DNA from: Octopus bimaculoides
Taxonomy: Eukaryota
Assembly (NCBI RefSeq): GCF_001194135.2
Contig: NC_068985.1
Location: forward strand, 114,328,481-114,366,641
Reading direction: 5' to 3'
DNA: 38,161 nt
Under the pieces are notes generated by a model. The model was not told the DNA's origin and searched no databases. It was given only the letters and a program-made list of their open reading frames with translations. A program made the translations under genes and the position numbers. Shown one piece after another: positions 35,091 through 38,161 of this stretch (positions are counted from its first letter, which is position 1; the number at the start of each line of letters is the position of its first letter).

Positions 35091-36735
35091 CAAGATACTC
35101 ATTAGCATTTTCATAAAGTATTTCTTTATGACATTCACAGAATTACAATCATGCCTGATATGTTGAGAACTGCTAGTGTAAAAATAGAGATCTCCACTAG
35201 CTATTTCTTCCGTTGTGCATATTGTAAGAACAAAGAGCAGGCTCCTGTTGAATAATAATAACAGCAGCGCAGTTACCCTACCATTCTATTTAAGCAGCTA
35301 AGTACGACAATGGCGAGGATGAATATCTATTAATATTTCAGGAGCCGGCAAATTTCTTATATCAATGATCGCTCCATGTCGTTGATAACTAATTGACCTC
35401 CATTCTAACTGACACAAAATTTCTAAAAGTAAAAACATTTCTTGATTTTAAAACAATAATTCCTTCGTTCCTTCGAGACATTGTTGCTTTCTAATAAGAA
35501 ATATTTAAAGAAATTTAACGAAAATACTAAGATAAATTGATAAATAATAAAAAAAATTCAGTCATATTATATTGATATTGTCGGCATATTTAATGTGAAA
35601 TAGGTTTGGTGAATAGTCGTTTTTGCATCGATCTTTGGCTGGAAATTAATAACTAGTTTTAGCCTTGAATTATCGCACTTTTTCAGTAATTCAGTTTGTT
35701 AATAATTCAGTACCCTTCATGCTCAGAATCGTTTCAGGTGTTTAGCGACACCTCAGGGGTAGGGTGGAGGGTCAAACATTCGGATCAGAGCGCCAAGCTG
35801 AAACAAATATCAATAACGAAAGAACAAAATCGAGTTAGAAACAATTAGAATGGAAATTGTAAAAACCTACGAACAGTACATCACCAACAGCACCCCGTAT
35901 TTTGCAAAGGCTGTGGGTTAAAAGGAACGAATGATTTGAGCTGCTAGCTGAAGCTAAAGGATGAATGAACGAAACAGATTACAAATGGCAATGAACCTTT
36001 ACCCGACAAATTCATCAGGGAAAGTGCGAAGAAGCAGGTGACATACTCTTTTTCCAAAATTAAATTAAAACAAAAAGAAGGTAACTTTCATACATTCTCG
36101 AAAGGCGAAAGAGAAGATAGCAATAGATTTGGGTGTAGTGTGGTAAGATGCGTATTCCTTCGACTGGGGAAGGGCACACGGAAGAGGGTACATAGTCTTC
36201 AAAAACTGAGAGTTATACAAAGAGAGAGTTGAGCTGCTGTGTCACACGTGGTCCCATATGGTTATATATAAGCTTGAAGAGGCGTGAAAGGTTAATGTAG
36301 ATTTATTTATTCCATATGACTCGTATGATTACAGCCGTTTCGTAACCTACATCACGTTGTGTGTAATATTAGTAATTACAGTATGCAAAATTTACACGTA
36401 CGTATGTATGTTCAGAATCATACAATACAATCGTATAGTCACAAATTGATGCAAACAAAATTAACTAGTCAGATTTAAATGTATAAATATGTCGCTTTTT
36501 TTTTCTCTGAATCCAATTTTGTTTTTACTACACTCTGCCATGTAACATACAAGATAACTGAAAATGTGACGTGCATTCGTATGTATGTATGTATGTATGT
36601 ATGTATGAGAGAGAGAGAGAAAGTGTGTGCACGCGCGTGAAGTACAGAAAAAAAAATGACGGTACAAACAGTCCACTCATTTCAGTCTGACAACTAAACT
36701 AGTAAATATATTTATCATCCACACTTCATGGAATA

Positions 36736-36770
<35 letters not shown>

Positions 36771-37039
36771 NNNNNNNNNNNNNNNNNNNNNNNNNNNNNN
36801 NNNNNNNNNNNNNNNNNNNNNNNNNNNNNNNNNNNNNNNNNNNNNNNNNNNNNNNNNNNNNNNNNNNNNNNNNNNNNNNNNNNNNNNNNNNNNNNNNNNN
36901 NNNNNNNNNNNNNNNNNNNNATACACACACCACCTACACCATCCTGATAAACCGGTAAATAAAAATTAAACTGTTAAACCAGCGCCAAAATCGCTCGAGC
37001 GTTAAAAGTTCAAAATCGTGTGTATGTGTGTATGGTTTT

Positions 37040-37400
37040 ACTTCTTTCAGTTATTGGGCCACGGCCATGCTGGGGCACCGTCACGTGGCGTTTAGTCGAA
37101 CAAATCGATCCCAAAACTTGGTTTCAAGTCTGGTACTTATTCTCTATCAGTATCTTTTGCCGAACCACTAGGTTACGGGGACGTAAATAAACCAACACTG
37201 GTTGTCAAGCGGCGAAGGAGAACAAACACGGACACATACACACATGATGGGCTTCTTTCAGTTTCTGACTACCAGATCCACTCACAAGGTCGGCCCAATG
37301 CTGTATGTAGTGGAAAACACTTGCCCAAAGTCTCGCGCAGTGGAACTGAATCCAAAACCAGGTTGGGAATCAAAAGCTTTTTTTCTTATCATACAACCAC
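37040..37400 (-). mobile_element. Family-1 SINE
   Basis: CTTCTTTCAGTTATTGG...CCATGCTGGGGCACCG...TTTTGCCGAACCAC...GGTTGTCAAGCGG...CCACTCACAAGG...GCAGTGGAACTGAA. Confidence 0.8.
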
Positions 37401-37744
37401 GCTTGCGCTCGTTAATAATTCAACAACGTTAACGTTGAACTCATAACGCAGAGGAACATGTCTAAAAAACTGTGACGAATTTTATCCACTGATCTTCTGA
37501 TCCTGTCAACCATGAACATCTAGACAATATTAATCATATATATCTATGTTATAAAGAGAGAGAAAGAGAGAGGTGGGGGGAAATACACAAGGAATCCACG
37601 GACGAAACAAGTTCTATTATAATTTATTCATAGGGAGTATGATTGTATGTTCTTATGTGTGTGTCAACTAGTTTGAGATTCATATTTATTGTTTATTCTG
37701 AGAAAACCCAGATCATATAAATAAAATTTAGCCTTTTATCTGTG

Positions 37745-37753
37745 TCATGTATG

Positions 37754-37805
<52 letters not shown>

Positions 37806-37809
37806 CATA
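37745..37809. repeat. (TG)/(TA)n microsatellite
   Basis: Read directly. Confidence 0.9.
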
Positions 37810-38161
37810 TGTAGTGACATCTTAGAGCAGGCGACTGTTATATGTTCAATGTCCGGAGTTTTATCCGCGCATGCGCAGGGACTAGTTCCGGAAGGAATAC
37901 AGGAAGAGTCTCATGCGCATGCGTAGAGTTCGACACCCAGCTTTGGCGCCTTTTCTCAGTCTCTTCGTTGACTGATCTCCGTCGAGCCAAGACGTCCAAC
38001 AGAGCTCTCTCACATGTCAGCACCAGAGCTTCACAAATAACCACGGAAATCATTCAGAAGGCGTCTCAGTAACCGAGGGCGACGAGCTACCGAATTCCCT
38101 CCAAGCGTGAACTGAATTCCACTGTAAATAAATATTGTTATGTTGTTCAGAATCTGCGTTC
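37810..38161 (+). mobile_element. Probable LTR-retrotransposon LTR, running off the window; alternatively a CpG-rich promoter
   Basis: Abrupt switch from (TA)n to GC/CpG-rich sequence starting TGTAGTG (LTR-type TG start); GCGCATGCG motifs; AATAAA near 38126; no coding similarity recognised. Confidence 0.5.

Noticed and set aside
36245-36272. CACGTG followed by TATATAAG (core-promoter-like)
   Set aside because: Two short motifs in TA-rich DNA, expected by chance, with no downstream gene evidence.
37945-37952. TGGCGCC as a tRNA-Lys primer-binding site
   Set aside because: The match stops after 7 nt and lies inside, not after, the putative LTR.

Overview
This is AT-rich, microsatellite- and retroposon-dense eukaryotic DNA with eight N-gaps. 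The repeat families and the (TA)n/(CA)n density match what I recall of Octopus (coleoid cephalopod) genomes; that assignment is an inference, not a database result. I can support no protein-coding sequence: nearly every ORF in the track is a translated microsatellite, gap or SINE. The window holds about 25 full or partial copies of a tRNA-headed CORE-like SINE (family 1) and two opposite-orientation tandem arrays of a second tRNA-headed SINE (family 2). It also holds several 3' fragments of a (GAT)n-tailed retroposon, four piggyBac-like MITEs, three other TIR-bounded elements and a probable LTR at the right edge. The left ~24.6 kb looks CpG-poor and the right ~13.5 kb CpG-richer, which may mark a methylated gene body (long intron) next to an unmethylated 5'/intergenic region. 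I did not find a demonstrable new biological system. The best leads are four: a 188-bp foldback element with telomeric hexamers and a 9-bp TSD (30258-30445); an exact 36-bp-period E-box array (27850-27993); a chimeric templated insertion with a 21-bp target duplication that also gives the empty site of a nearby MITE (10402-10681); and inverted SINE arrays that could form long dsRNA.
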